64,000 bases of DNA from Leptospiraceae bacterium (GTDB lineage Bacteria; Spirochaetota; Leptospiria; Leptospirales; Leptonemataceae). Position 1 is the first letter of the stretch. Every line of letters starts with the position of its first letter. A program made the translations under genes and the position numbers. Where the stretch lies: the NCBI GenBank assembly GCA_040217195.1, contig JAVJNR010000002.1, forward strand, positions 545,212-609,211, read 5' to 3'. Shown here piece after piece: positions 49,934-59,765 of this stretch. The notes beneath the pieces were generated by a model. That model ran no database searches and had not been told where the DNA came from. It saw only the letters and a list, made by a program, of their open reading frames with translations.

Positions 49934-51370
49934 CTACTCGCCCTGTTTGCTTAATCCGGTTTCGGTGATAACATAGGATTCCTGATAGGTTTCATAATCC
50001 GTATTGATTTCCCATAGATCATGGCCTTTATCTTCCAGAATGTTTTCTGCAGCCAGCATACCCATTAAGATGCTGTGGTCCTGGTTATTATATTTAAAGG
50101 CGCCGTATCGTCCGATTACATGCAAGTGATCGACAGTGTTCAGGTATTGTTCCACCGGTTCAAGATTCTCTTTGTAGCCTGTATCGTACACTGGATAGCA
50201 GCGAGGAATTCTGTAAACATGACCGTCCAGGATTTCTGCATTCCCAATTAGCCCTGTATTTCGAATCTCTCGGGAAGCCTGTTCGATCAAGGCTGTATTC
50301 GCTTCCTTCCAGATTGGATCTTCATCGTAGCACCAGAGTTCCATGGCAAGAATTGTGGTTTTTTCCTGGCCGTAGATTTCAGGAATCCAGTTACGAAAGC
50401 TTGTGATGCGGCCGGTGTCCAGTTCCGGTGAATGAACATAGAGCCATTGGTCTGGAAACAGATTCGTGGAGTCCACATTTAGAAATACTATGATTGTATT
50501 ACGATACTTAAGGTTTCTAGTGCGATCCAGGATGTCTTTCGGAACTTCTGGAAGCCTAGATACCATGAGAGTCAATGGCATAGTAGAAATGATTTCATCG
50601 TATTGCTGAACGCTGCCGTCTTCCAGCTGCAGTCCAGTGGCCTTACCATCCTTTTGAATCACTTTCTGAACAGGAGTGTTTAGATGAACGGCACCGCCCT
50701 TACTCTTCACAAATTCTGCCATGCGCTCGTAGATGGCTCCGGTTCCCCCTATAGGATACGCGAATTGATCCACCAGAGTCTTGTGCTTGTTTTTTTTGGA
50801 AGGCAGGATTGCATTCTTTATTGCCTCATAGAGAGAAAGCTTTTTGATTCTCTGGGCTGCAAAATCCGAGTCCAGTTTTTCGCAGGGAATTCCCCATAGT
50901 TTTTCCGTATAGGTTTTGAAGAATATGCGAAAAAGTCGCTTCCCAAACCGACGCGTAACCCAGGTCTCAAAACTTCCATCCTCTGGGGTGGGTGCAAACC
51001 GTTGTCTTGCATAACTCAAGACGCATAGCAGAGCCTGGAAGATGCCCAGGTTAAAAAGAGCATTAAACGGCTTTAAAGGATAATAGTAGAACTTCTTTTT
51101 GTAGTAGATCCGGGTAAGCCGGTTAACCATTTTGTAGTCTTTTCCGGCTACTTCAAGCCAGAGTTCATTCACCCGGCGATCACTGGAGAAGAATCGGTGA
51201 GGTCCGATGTCCACTCTTTGATTCCATAGCTCAATGGTGCGCGCCAGACCACCAACAGAATCGCTGGCTTCAAATACATCGATGTCCTTTAGACCCGCCC
51301 GGGCCAGGCAGTAAGCTGCCGACATTCCAGCCGGTCCTCCGCCGATTACCGCTACTCTTGGATTCTTCAT
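49934..51370 (-). CDS. FAD-dependent oxidoreductase, UDP-galactopyranose mutase-like
   Basis: GGGPAG, DIGPHRFFS, YTEKLWG, AAQRI, YPVY, GRYGAFKYNNQDHS. Confidence 0.8.
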   Translation of the reverse strand: MKNPRVAVIGGGPAGMSAAYCLARAGLKDIDVFEASDSVGGLARTIELWNQRVDIGPHRFFSSDRRVNELWLEVAGKDYKMVNRLTRIYYKKKFYYYPLKPFNALFNLGIFQALLCVLSYARQRFAPTPEDGSFETWVTRRFGKRLFRIFFKTYTEKLWGIPCEKLDSDFAAQRIKKLSLYEAIKNAILPSKKNKHKTLVDQFAYPIGGTGAIYERMAEFVKSKGGAVHLNTPVQKVIQKDGKATGLQLEDGSVQQYDEIISTMPLTLMVSRLPEVPKDILDRTRNLKYRNTIIVFLNVDSTNLFPDQWLYVHSPELDTGRITSFRNWIPEIYGQEKTTILAMELWCYDEDPIWKEANTALIEQASREIRNTGLIGNAEILDGHVYRIPRCYPVYDTGYKENLEPVEQYLNTVDHLHVIGRYGAFKYNNQDHSILMGMLAAENILEDKGHDLWEINTDYETYQESYVITETGLSKQGE

Positions 51371-51373
51371 TTC

Positions 51374-51868
51374 TCAGTCTCTTCTGTGCTTGCTCAGCAA
51401 ATCCTTGAGCTTATCTCCAATACCTGTGCTTCTAAAAGAGATGAGTTCATGCCCAAAAAAATTTGCCACAAGGCCTGCTGCCATACCGGCAAGATGCGCC
51501 ATGGCGGCAAGAGTTTCCTGACTGGTCTCTACCGGCAATGCCGGCTGATTCTGTCCTATTGTATGTTCCAGGATCCTAATGGCTGCAGCTGATATTGCCA
51601 CGGTTACAAGGAGACCCAGGCCCGCCACGGCAAAGAATTTTAAGGCCTCCCTCTTGAACTTCCCTGAACTGCCGGCATCAAAAGTAATCCATTTACTAAA
51701 ACCGAAATTGACAATCATGCCGGAAATGTAGGCCAGGGCAACGGCGAATTCGAAGTTTACCTCTGGAATAGACTCATACAAGAACCTGGAAGCAAAGTTC
51801 ACCAGCGCCGCAAAGCCGGAGAATAGAACATAGAGCAGGAACTTTCTACTTATTGTAATCTTAGCCAT
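51374..51868 (-). CDS. GtrA family protein
   Basis: 4 TM; FLLYVLFSGFAALVNF, NFGFSKWITF; start MAKITIS overlaps the galE stop. Confidence 0.85.
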   Translation of the reverse strand: MAKITISRKFLLYVLFSGFAALVNFASRFLYESIPEVNFEFAVALAYISGMIVNFGFSKWITFDAGSSGKFKREALKFFAVAGLGLLVTVAISAAAIRILEHTIGQNQPALPVETSQETLAAMAHLAGMAAGLVANFFGHELISFRSTGIGDKLKDLLSKHRRD

Positions 51869-52841
51869 GCCGCTTTTTATGCCATCGAAATGCATGCTCG
51901 ATTATCGTTTCTAATTCCGGGTATTCCGGGCTCCACCCCAGAACCTGGCGGGCAAGTTCAGAGGATGCCACCAGCACAGGAGGGTCGCCTGGACGCCTGC
52001 TTGTCTTCCGGGCATTTATCCTGGCTCCGGTTACTCGAGAACAGGTGTCGATCACTTCTTTTACGGAATAACCATTCCCATTTCCCAGGTTGGCAATGAT
52101 GCTCTGGTCATTTCTGAGGCTGAATTCTAGACCTAAAATATGGGCTTTTGCCAAATCACAAACATGGATATAGTCTCGAATACAGGTTCCGTCCGGAGTA
52201 TCATAATCTGTGCCAAAAATACTAACTTCATCACGTCGGTTCAGGGCATTGTATAGTACCAGAGGTATTAGATGTGTTTCTGGATCATGGTCTTCGCCTA
52301 TAAGACCATTTGGATGGGCACCTGCTGCATTGAAATACCTGAGAATTACATGTCGGAGGCCAAAGGCGGACTCGTAATCTTTAAGGATCTGCTCGACCAT
52401 CCACTTACTTCGACCATATGGGTTAACGGGGGACTGAATATGCGATTCGTTTATTGTTTCCGACTTTGCTTCCCCGTATGTTGCGCAAGTGGATGAAAAA
52501 ACCAGGCTGCGTACTCCAGAAGTGAGACATTGATCGATCAACTCCAGTGTTCCGGATAGATTATTCCGATAATAAATGTCAGGCCTCTCCACCGATTCGC
52601 CAACATATGCAAATGCAGAGAAATGCATAACACCATCAAAAGTGTGCTCACGAAAAATCCTGCGGAGTAAGGCTGCATCGGCTATGTCGCCAATGTAGTA
52701 AGGGACTTCCGCAGATTTAAGAAAATCCCGATGTCCATAGACTAGATTATCCAGAATTACCGGATTATGGCCCTGATCAATAAGTGCCTGCACGGCATGG
52801 CGACCAATGTATCCGGCTCCGCCGGTCACAAGAACTTTCAT
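51861..52841 (-). CDS. galE: UDP-glucose 4-epimerase
   Basis: TGGAGYIG, VGESV, YGRSK, LRYFNAAGA, DGTCIRDYIHV, RRPGDP. Confidence 0.95.
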   Translation of the reverse strand: MKVLVTGGAGYIGRHAVQALIDQGHNPVILDNLVYGHRDFLKSAEVPYYIGDIADAALLRRIFREHTFDGVMHFSAFAYVGESVERPDIYYRNNLSGTLELIDQCLTSGVRSLVFSSTCATYGEAKSETINESHIQSPVNPYGRSKWMVEQILKDYESAFGLRHVILRYFNAAGAHPNGLIGEDHDPETHLIPLVLYNALNRRDEVSIFGTDYDTPDGTCIRDYIHVCDLAKAHILGLEFSLRNDQSIIANLGNGNGYSVKEVIDTCSRVTGARINARKTSRRPGDPPVLVASSELARQVLGWSPEYPELETIIEHAFRWHKKRHG

Positions 52842-53156
52842 TTGGGTATCACTTGTATGTCCGGTCGATGGGGGTCAATCGGCTTCTATTTCACGAGCGG
52901 CGCATTCTTGTCACTTCCAGACTTTGCCAGGCGGTAGTCTTTTGGCGCCTGGAAATTGGGAGCCACCCGAGGTCAGTATCCTGAGCAGATGCAATTGAAG
53001 CTCTCGATTTAAGGACAAATCTGAAGTCATTACACCATTTGCTGGGTCCCTAACTCACATCCGCTTGCCAGACAGAATAAGCTGAAAAATGTAGACCGTT
53101 AATTAGATTCACGGGCATTGTCCGAAAGATCCCAGAATTACCAGCGGTTGTCTTCA

Positions 53157-54539
53157 ATGAGCAAGAAAGAGATTAAAGAGATTCTATGCCTTGGGGCGGG
53201 TTATGTCGGTGGACCCACCATGGCAGTAATAGCGGAAAAGTGCCATGACATAAATGTTACGGTTGTGGATCTAAACGAAGACCGAATCAAAGCCTGGAAC
53301 TCTGGTTCACTGCCCATTTATGAGCCGGGACTTCAGGAGATAGTGGAAGGGCGTCGGGGAAAGAACCTGCATTTCAAACTTGCCTCAGCAGAGTTGCTAG
53401 CCGGGGCCGATATGATCTTTGTTAGCGTTAATACTCCTACAAAAATGTACGGAGAGGGAGCCGGACGGGCTGCCGATCTACGTTTCTGGGAACTGGCCGC
53501 CCGAGATATTTTGAAACACGCCAGAAGCGGAACCATCATTGTTGAAAAAAGCACTGTTCCTGTAAAAACTGCAGAGGCAATTTCACGCATTCTTCACAGT
53601 GGCACAGAAGGGAAAAAATTCAGCGTACTTTCCAATCCTGAGTTTCTGGCAGAGGGAACGGCTATCAAAGATCTTTTGAATCCCGATCGTGTTTTAATTG
53701 GAAATGAGCCTGGCCCCGAAGGGCAGGAAGCTGGCGAAGCGCTGGCATCAGTCTATCGCCGATGGGTACCCACTGACCGTGTGCTTCTTACCAATGTTTG
53801 GTCTAGCGAACTTTCCAAGCTGGTGGCCAATGCATTTCTGGCACAGAGGGTATCTTCGATTAACAGCGTATCTGCGCTATGCGAAGCAACTGGAGCGGAT
53901 GTTTCTGAAATTAGCCGAGCCATTGGGATGGATTCTCGTATTGGTCCAAAATTTCTTCAAGCTGGAGTGGGCTTCGGAGGTTCCTGCTTTAAGAAAGATA
54001 TTCTGAACCTCAGCTACATATGCGAAACCTTTGGATTGGCCGAAGTTGCTGCCTACTGGCGTTCCGTAGTGGATATGAACGAATATCAGATGCATCGATT
54101 CGTTCGCAGGATTGTGGAAACCCAGTTCAACACCGTGGCTGGAAAGAAACAAACTATTCTGGGTTTCGCTTTTAAGCCAGACACCAATGATACGCGAGAG
54201 ACCCCTGCATTAACTGTGACACAAAAACTCTTAGAAGAGAAAGCCAGGCTTGTTATACATGATCCAGAAGCCCTTGAGAACGCTAAGTGGGACCTCAAAG
54301 ATCAGGAAGGAGATTTAAGCTTTGAAGAGGATGTTTATAAAGCCTGCGAAGGGTCTCATAGCCTAATACTTCTAACTCACTGGAAAGAATACCAGGACCT
54401 GGACTTTCAGCGCATCTTTGACTCCATGGAAAAGCCGGCTTTCTTGTTTGATGGAAGACTTTTGCTGGATGCTGAAAGGATGTACAAAATCGGATTCAAC
54501 GTAGTGACCATTGGAAGTACCGAATTGATGCATATTTAA
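53157..54539 (+). CDS. ugd: UDP-glucose 6-dehydrogenase
   Basis: GAGYVGGPT, EKSTVP, NPEFLAEG, GFGGSCF, FAFKPDT. Confidence 0.95.
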   Translation: MSKKEIKEILCLGAGYVGGPTMAVIAEKCHDINVTVVDLNEDRIKAWNSGSLPIYEPGLQEIVEGRRGKNLHFKLASAELLAGADMIFVSVNTPTKMYGEGAGRAADLRFWELAARDILKHARSGTIIVEKSTVPVKTAEAISRILHSGTEGKKFSVLSNPEFLAEGTAIKDLLNPDRVLIGNEPGPEGQEAGEALASVYRRWVPTDRVLLTNVWSSELSKLVANAFLAQRVSSINSVSALCEATGADVSEISRAIGMDSRIGPKFLQAGVGFGGSCFKKDILNLSYICETFGLAEVAAYWRSVVDMNEYQMHRFVRRIVETQFNTVAGKKQTILGFAFKPDTNDTRETPALTVTQKLLEEKARLVIHDPEALENAKWDLKDQEGDLSFEEDVYKACEGSHSLILLTHWKEYQDLDFQRIFDSMEKPAFLFDGRLLLDAERMYKIGFNVVTIGSTELMHI

Positions 54540-54738
54540 CCGTAGCCAGCTTTCCGGCGAGATTCGCCCAATCGATATTCTAACTTCTACGGATTGAGTT
54601 GAATCGAATTTTTTCCAGATCCGGGGAATCCGCTGTGCTAACTTCTGTATTATGGTATTACCGGGCTGAAGCGACCCTCCGAATCCTTTCTTGAATCCAG
54701 CATTAGGACCGGGATTCGGCGGACAGTATGTATGGCGC

Positions 54739-54767
54739 TTGACATTTCTGATCTCTTAATACAGAAT
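54739..54767 (+). promoter_or_regulatory. Putative sigma70 promoter of the second barrel/lipoprotein cassette
   Basis: TTGACA, 17 nt, CAGAAT. Confidence 0.55.
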
Positions 54768-54793
54768 ATCCCATCCCCCGCAAGAAGAGTTCC

Positions 54794-56206
54794 ATGATTC
54801 GCAGACTATTCATTTTCGCCCTTCTTCTGCCAGTGTCCCTGCTTGCAGATACTGTAATTCTCAAATCCGGGCAGGAGGTGGACGGGCAGATTATTAATCA
54901 GTCTGAAACGACTATTACCATCCGCACCAGACAGGGTGTTCAAACAATAGGCAAAGGAACGGTCCGTCGCATTTTTTACGGAGACGCCTACCGAAATCAA
55001 CAGGATGAGCTAAAAAGAAAGAGAGAGGAAGAACTCCGGAGAAAAGAAGAGGAAGAAAAGCGGAAAGCTGAAGAGGAAGCGAAGCGCCTTGAAGAGCAGA
55101 AGCGAAAGGCCGCCGAAGCGGCCCGAGAGGAAGCTGAGCAGGAGCGACTGGAAAGAGAGCGGCAAGAAGCAGAAGAAAAGGCCAGACTGAAGGAACAACA
55201 AAAGGAAGCTCGAGACGCCCGAAACCCGGTGTCTATCTGGATCTTCGCGGGCCCGGGTGGTGCGAAGTTGATGCCTGGAAATTTTCGGGATAACCTGTCC
55301 TTGCTAAGTCTTTTTGGTCAGGAGCTGAGCTATCTGCCGGATAAAACAGAGGGCTCGGCCGGAGTATTCGGTTTCGGCTTCTCCATACCAGTCTGGGATA
55401 TGCTATTCTTTGAGGCGGAAGGGATGGCCACCGGGCAATTTCAGGACTTCCTGGTGTTTGAAGGAGGAAAGGATACCGTCGATTCCGGATCCGGTTCTAC
55501 TCGAGCGGGATTCGGTCTGGGAGACTATGGTCGCATACTTCGAACTACTGGTGATCTGCGCATTGGATATAATATCAACCTGCAGGAGTTGGGCAATCTG
55601 ACCGGAATATCCCTGGAAGAGGACTTTTACAAACGTATAGAAATCGAGCCAGTTCTGGGTTACAAGTTCAGGCAGCATGATTCTGTGTTTTCGTCCACAT
55701 CTACAGGTTATTCCTCCTTTGGGCCGTCTCTGTATCTGGCCAACGATAATGGATCAATCTTTTCTAAAAGTAAAGGCCCGACCTGGGGTTTTAGGCTATT
55801 TTATAGTCCTCTCACAGACTACCCGGTAACGTTGGAGCTTGGTCTATATGCATATTCGCTTACTGCCGACATTGAAGCAAACATGGACCGAAACGTGCTT
55901 TTCAATCTGGGAGTTTATCAGCTGAACGAAACCGATGTGTCTTACAAATCCAGTATTGAAGGTAGCATAGTCACCCTGGGCGCATCGTATGGAGTTACGG
56001 AGAATCTGGATGTATTTGTTCGTCTTCGCGGGGAGACGGCGGAATTCAAGACGGAACGTCTGACGGTTGAGAATCGAAATTCAGCGAATCCTTCGTCTAC
56101 GCAGACATCCCTGGGAGTTTTACTATTGAATCCACTGATTGCGCCCATGCTGGATACAACGGAAGAGGTGGGTAGTTTGGAAATTGGTCTTACGCGAAGG
56201 TACTGA
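54794..56206 (+). CDS. Predicted outer-membrane beta-barrel protein with Leptospira-type N-terminal domain and charged coiled coil (copy 2)
   Basis: Signal ...VSLLA, DTVILKSGQEVDGQIINQ...IRTRQG, E/R/K coil, beta-rich body, C-terminal LEIGLTRRY. Confidence 0.75.
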   Translation: MIRRLFIFALLLPVSLLADTVILKSGQEVDGQIINQSETTITIRTRQGVQTIGKGTVRRIFYGDAYRNQQDELKRKREEELRRKEEEEKRKAEEEAKRLEEQKRKAAEAAREEAEQERLERERQEAEEKARLKEQQKEARDARNPVSIWIFAGPGGAKLMPGNFRDNLSLLSLFGQELSYLPDKTEGSAGVFGFGFSIPVWDMLFFEAEGMATGQFQDFLVFEGGKDTVDSGSGSTRAGFGLGDYGRILRTTGDLRIGYNINLQELGNLTGISLEEDFYKRIEIEPVLGYKFRQHDSVFSSTSTGYSSFGPSLYLANDNGSIFSKSKGPTWGFRLFYSPLTDYPVTLELGLYAYSLTADIEANMDRNVLFNLGVYQLNETDVSYKSSIEGSIVTLGASYGVTENLDVFVRLRGETAEFKTERLTVENRNSANPSSTQTSLGVLLLNPLIAPMLDTTEEVGSLEIGLTRRY

Positions 56207-56220
56207 AGAAAAGAGGGAAA

Positions 56221-57039
56221 ATGAAAACGACCGAAATTATTTGTAGGAATCCGCCTATGCGAAGCCGGATAGCCATTCTCTGGATTCTCTTTATTGCTTT
56301 ATTTCTATTCTCCGTCTCGAGCTGCGAGGCAAATTTAACTGAAGAAGAGCAACAGACCATTCGATTGAACTACCTGCTCACCGGTCTCATCGCCGATGGT
56401 TGCGCGGAGGTCCTCTACAATTCCTCTCTGAATTACCAGGCTACCGTTCGCCGAGTGCCGCCCGGGCAGTGTAGTAAGTCCACTCTGCTTGGGGCCACCT
56501 ATTCAGACTATGTACTAACCGCCCCCTACACATTTCAAAAGGCGCAGGAAGCGCTTAATCTTCTGGACCCAACCGGTAGTGCGTGTCCCGCCACCAGAAG
56601 TACATTGATCACTCTCATCGCTGACCCTTCGCAGGCAGTATCCATGAGTCTCTGGAATCCCGAAGGTCAGTATAACTTGACCCAGGTCTACACTTTGCCT
56701 TCCGCTTTTCGGGACTTCGCTTCAGATTCAGCTCTGGCGGCCATCGACAATGGGGGAGTCTCCAGGGCCGTCTGGAATTCCGGGACGCTGGGCACCTTTC
56801 AGGATGATATTACAGTGCGCGCTCTGGAAGCCCTCAATGGCGTGCTAATCAATCAGGGTGAGACAGGCTGTGTTCCCGGGGTGCTGGCCAATCTTGCCAG
56901 TTTCTTTCCCGGGTTCGTAAGTGGAGGCAACCAGGACCCGAACGGTACTCCCCAGCGCTATTTGCTGAAATATAGCTGTACTTACGGGGCGAACTCGACC
57001 AACACTTGCTCATCGGCTTTGCCTATTTTCATCGATTAA
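56221..57039 (+). CDS. Cys-rich lipoprotein (copy 2)
   Basis: VSSC lipobox-like site; six further Cys aligned with 47904..48710. Confidence 0.75.
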   Translation: MKTTEIICRNPPMRSRIAILWILFIALFLFSVSSCEANLTEEEQQTIRLNYLLTGLIADGCAEVLYNSSLNYQATVRRVPPGQCSKSTLLGATYSDYVLTAPYTFQKAQEALNLLDPTGSACPATRSTLITLIADPSQAVSMSLWNPEGQYNLTQVYTLPSAFRDFASDSALAAIDNGGVSRAVWNSGTLGTFQDDITVRALEALNGVLINQGETGCVPGVLANLASFFPGFVSGGNQDPNGTPQRYLLKYSCTYGANSTNTCSSALPIFID

Positions 57040-57237
57040 TATTTGGTATTTTTGCCCGAAGATGAATTGATTCTGAGATCTGGTAGGCTTCGAAGCCGGG
57101 GCATAATCGAGGATTCATTGAACCAAACTTTCTTGTCAGGTTAAGAGGCCAAATTCTACTAAGCAGAGTGCCTTCTAGTTTCGAATTCTAGGCGCCCACA
57201 ACTCATTAGCTCTATTGGAGCTCTTATAATTAAGTAT

Positions 57238-58263
57238 ATGGCAAAAACAGCACTTATTACAGGTATTTCCGGACAGGATGGCTCTTACTTGGCGGAGCTC
57301 TTGCTCGAAAAAGGGTATTCCGTTCATGGAATAGTCCGACGAGCCAGCCTCTTTAACCGGGAGCGCATTGAGCATCTGCACGGAAATTCGGATCTGAAGC
57401 TGCACTATGGAGACCTTACAGATTCCAGCAATCTGAACCGGGTACTTGAAAAAGTAGCTCCTGATGAAATCTATAATCTGGCTGCCCAGTCCCACGTACA
57501 GGTAAGCTTTGAAGTACCGGAATACACAGCTGAAGCAGATGCTGTAGGTACATTGCGGTTACTGGATGCGATCAAAGATACCGGGGTAAAGGCTAGATTC
57601 TACCAGGCATCTACGTCGGAGCTATACGGTAAAGTCCAGGAGGTTCCTCAGACGGAGAAGACTCCATTCTATCCCAGGAGCCCCTACGCAGTGGCCAAGC
57701 TCTATGCCTACTGGATCGTCGTAAACTATCGTGAATCCTACGGGCTGCATGCATCCAATGGAATTCTATTCAATCATGAATCTCCGCGAAGAGGGGAGAA
57801 CTTTGTAACCCGTAAAATCACTCTGGGAGTAGCCAAAATTCGGGCCGGCCTTCAGGAAAACATTACCATGGGCAATATCGATGCCCGTCGTGACTGGGGA
57901 TTTGCCGGAGACTATGTCCGTATGATGTGGATGATGCTTCAGCAACCGGATCCGGATGACTATGTTGTGGCCACCGGCGAAATGCATAGCGTTCGGGAGT
58001 TCATCGAGAAATCCTTTGCACTTACTGGCATCGACATCGCCTGGGAAGGTAAAGACGAGAAGGAAAAGGGAATCGATAAGAAAACCGGCAAGGTTGTAGT
58101 GCAGATCGATCCAAAATTCTACAGACCGGCGGAAGTGGAGCAGCTTCTGGGCAATCCAGCCAAAGCGAAAGAGAAGCTAAACTGGGAACCAGAAGTGAAA
58201 TTTGAAGAGCTTGTGGAAATGATGGTTCGGGCGGATTGCGAAAACTTTGGCGTGCCGCTGTAG
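57238..58263 (+). CDS. gmd: GDP-mannose 4,6-dehydratase
   Basis: [45 protein letters not shown]. Confidence 0.97.
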   Translation: MAKTALITGISGQDGSYLAELLLEKGYSVHGIVRRASLFNRERIEHLHGNSDLKLHYGDLTDSSNLNRVLEKVAPDEIYNLAAQSHVQVSFEVPEYTAEADAVGTLRLLDAIKDTGVKARFYQASTSELYGKVQEVPQTEKTPFYPRSPYAVAKLYAYWIVVNYRESYGLHASNGILFNHESPRRGENFVTRKITLGVAKIRAGLQENITMGNIDARRDWGFAGDYVRMMWMMLQQPDPDDYVVATGEMHSVREFIEKSFALTGIDIAWEGKDEKEKGIDKKTGKVVVQIDPKFYRPAEVEQLLGNPAKAKEKLNWEPEVKFEELVEMMVRADCENFGVPL

Positions 58264-58303
58264 GGGGGCAATGAGAATTTCTTATTCGGAAAGAAGTTGG
58301 TAG

Positions 58304-59458
58304 CTACTCTATTTTCCTGATTAGACTGTAATCCCTGTCAGCGAGGTAAAGAGCATTTCCGTCGGTAGTAATGTCACGAGGGAAGGCAAATGATGCATTA
58401 ATGCCGTTTCCATCCGAACTCCCGGATGAGCCAGAGCCTGCCAGAGTCGTGACTTCCATGGTCGTAAGGTCGATTTTTCGAACTAGTTTATTACTTGTGT
58501 CACTGATGTACAGATACGATCCATCCGAAACGATTCCTCTGGGTTGGCTAAATGATGCCGAAATACCAAAACCGTTATTGTTTCCAGAAGAACCCGTTCC
58601 AGCAATCGTCGTTACTTCACCAGTGGTCTTGTCTACCATCCGAATCGTATTGTTCTCAGTATCGGCAACGTACAAATAATCTCCATCGGTGGCAATTCCA
58701 CAGGAGCCGTGAAACGATGCGCCTGTCCCGGTGCCATCGTCGAACCCCGATGATCCGGTGCCTGCAAGGGTAACTACTTCTCTGGTAGTCAAATTGATTT
58801 TCCTGATTAAATGATATCCGCCCTCGGTCACATAGAGGAAGGCCCCGTCGGTAGTTATAGCCAGGGGGCTTGCGAGCGAGGCTCCCGTTCCGATGCCATC
58901 GGCGCTACCCGAAGAACCGGTGCCCGCGAACGTTATGACCTCCCTGGTTTTAAAGTTCACCCTGCGAATCAGGTGATTATTCTTGTCTGCGATGTACAAA
59001 TAGTTACCGTCCGTTGTCAGGCTAAACGGATAATAGAATGAAGCGCCGGTACCTGTACCGTCTGAATTTCCTGACGAGCCATCCCCAGCTAGCGTTGAGA
59101 CATCCCCAGATCCAAGGTCAATCTGGCGAATCATATGATTGTAGGTATCGGCTACAAATAGTCGCTCGCCGTCGGATACCAGCCCCCTGGGAAGATAAAA
59201 TGATGCATCCGTACCTGTACCATCGATGCTACCATGGCTTCCCGTTCCGGAGAAAGTGATCACATCAGCATTCAGGCTTAGTTCACAATTGCTACTGTCA
59301 CCACCCTTAAAAGCGAAACTACAGTCGGTTGATACCCTGCTATTGTTTGAGCCAAGTAATGTCAGGAGGGCTGCCTGATCTAGACCGGACGCGGAATTTT
59401 GACACGCTATGAGTGTGCTCAGTATCAGGATGTGAAATGGGGCTAGTATACGTTGCAT
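58304..59458 (-). CDS. NHL-repeat (beta-propeller) lipoprotein
   Basis: LIAC lipobox; about six repeats of T(L/F/I)AGxGSSGxxDGxGxxASF..P...TDG..LY.AD..N..IR. Confidence 0.88.
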   Translation of the reverse strand: MQRILAPFHILILSTLIACQNSASGLDQAALLTLLGSNNSRVSTDCSFAFKGGDSSNCELSLNADVITFSGTGSHGSIDGTGTDASFYLPRGLVSDGERLFVADTYNHMIRQIDLGSGDVSTLAGDGSSGNSDGTGTGASFYYPFSLTTDGNYLYIADKNNHLIRRVNFKTREVITFAGTGSSGSADGIGTGASLASPLAITTDGAFLYVTEGGYHLIRKINLTTREVVTLAGTGSSGFDDGTGTGASFHGSCGIATDGDYLYVADTENNTIRMVDKTTGEVTTIAGTGSSGNNNGFGISASFSQPRGIVSDGSYLYISDTSNKLVRKIDLTTMEVTTLAGSGSSGSSDGNGINASFAFPRDITTDGNALYLADRDYSLIRKIE

Positions 59459-59765
59459 TGAATATAATGTTTAAAAATATAGGTTTGCAATTACAGTTAT
59501 GGATTTTATGAAGTAATTGTTGAGCAATTGGGCCCAGGTTATGGATGGTTTGTGAAGACCATTCCTGGGTTCAGCACAAGCCACCGGCTGGGCATGTTTA
59601 GTTCGGCACTCCTGAAGGGCCTGCCATGGATCCACGATTGTGACCATCCCCGGGTTCTGGTATGTCGTATTAGGGCGATCCGGGGGCCCCTTGAGCTTCT
59701 ACCAATTGCTGATTTTGGGATCGCTTTTGCGTTGACTCAAGGTCAGAGCAAAGTTCGATCAAGGA

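Noticed and set aside
58304..59260. Repetitive DNA considered as a possible CRISPR array or repeat element
   Set aside because: The repeats are degenerate, in-frame NHL protein repeats; there are no identical repeats with unique spacers and no cas genes.
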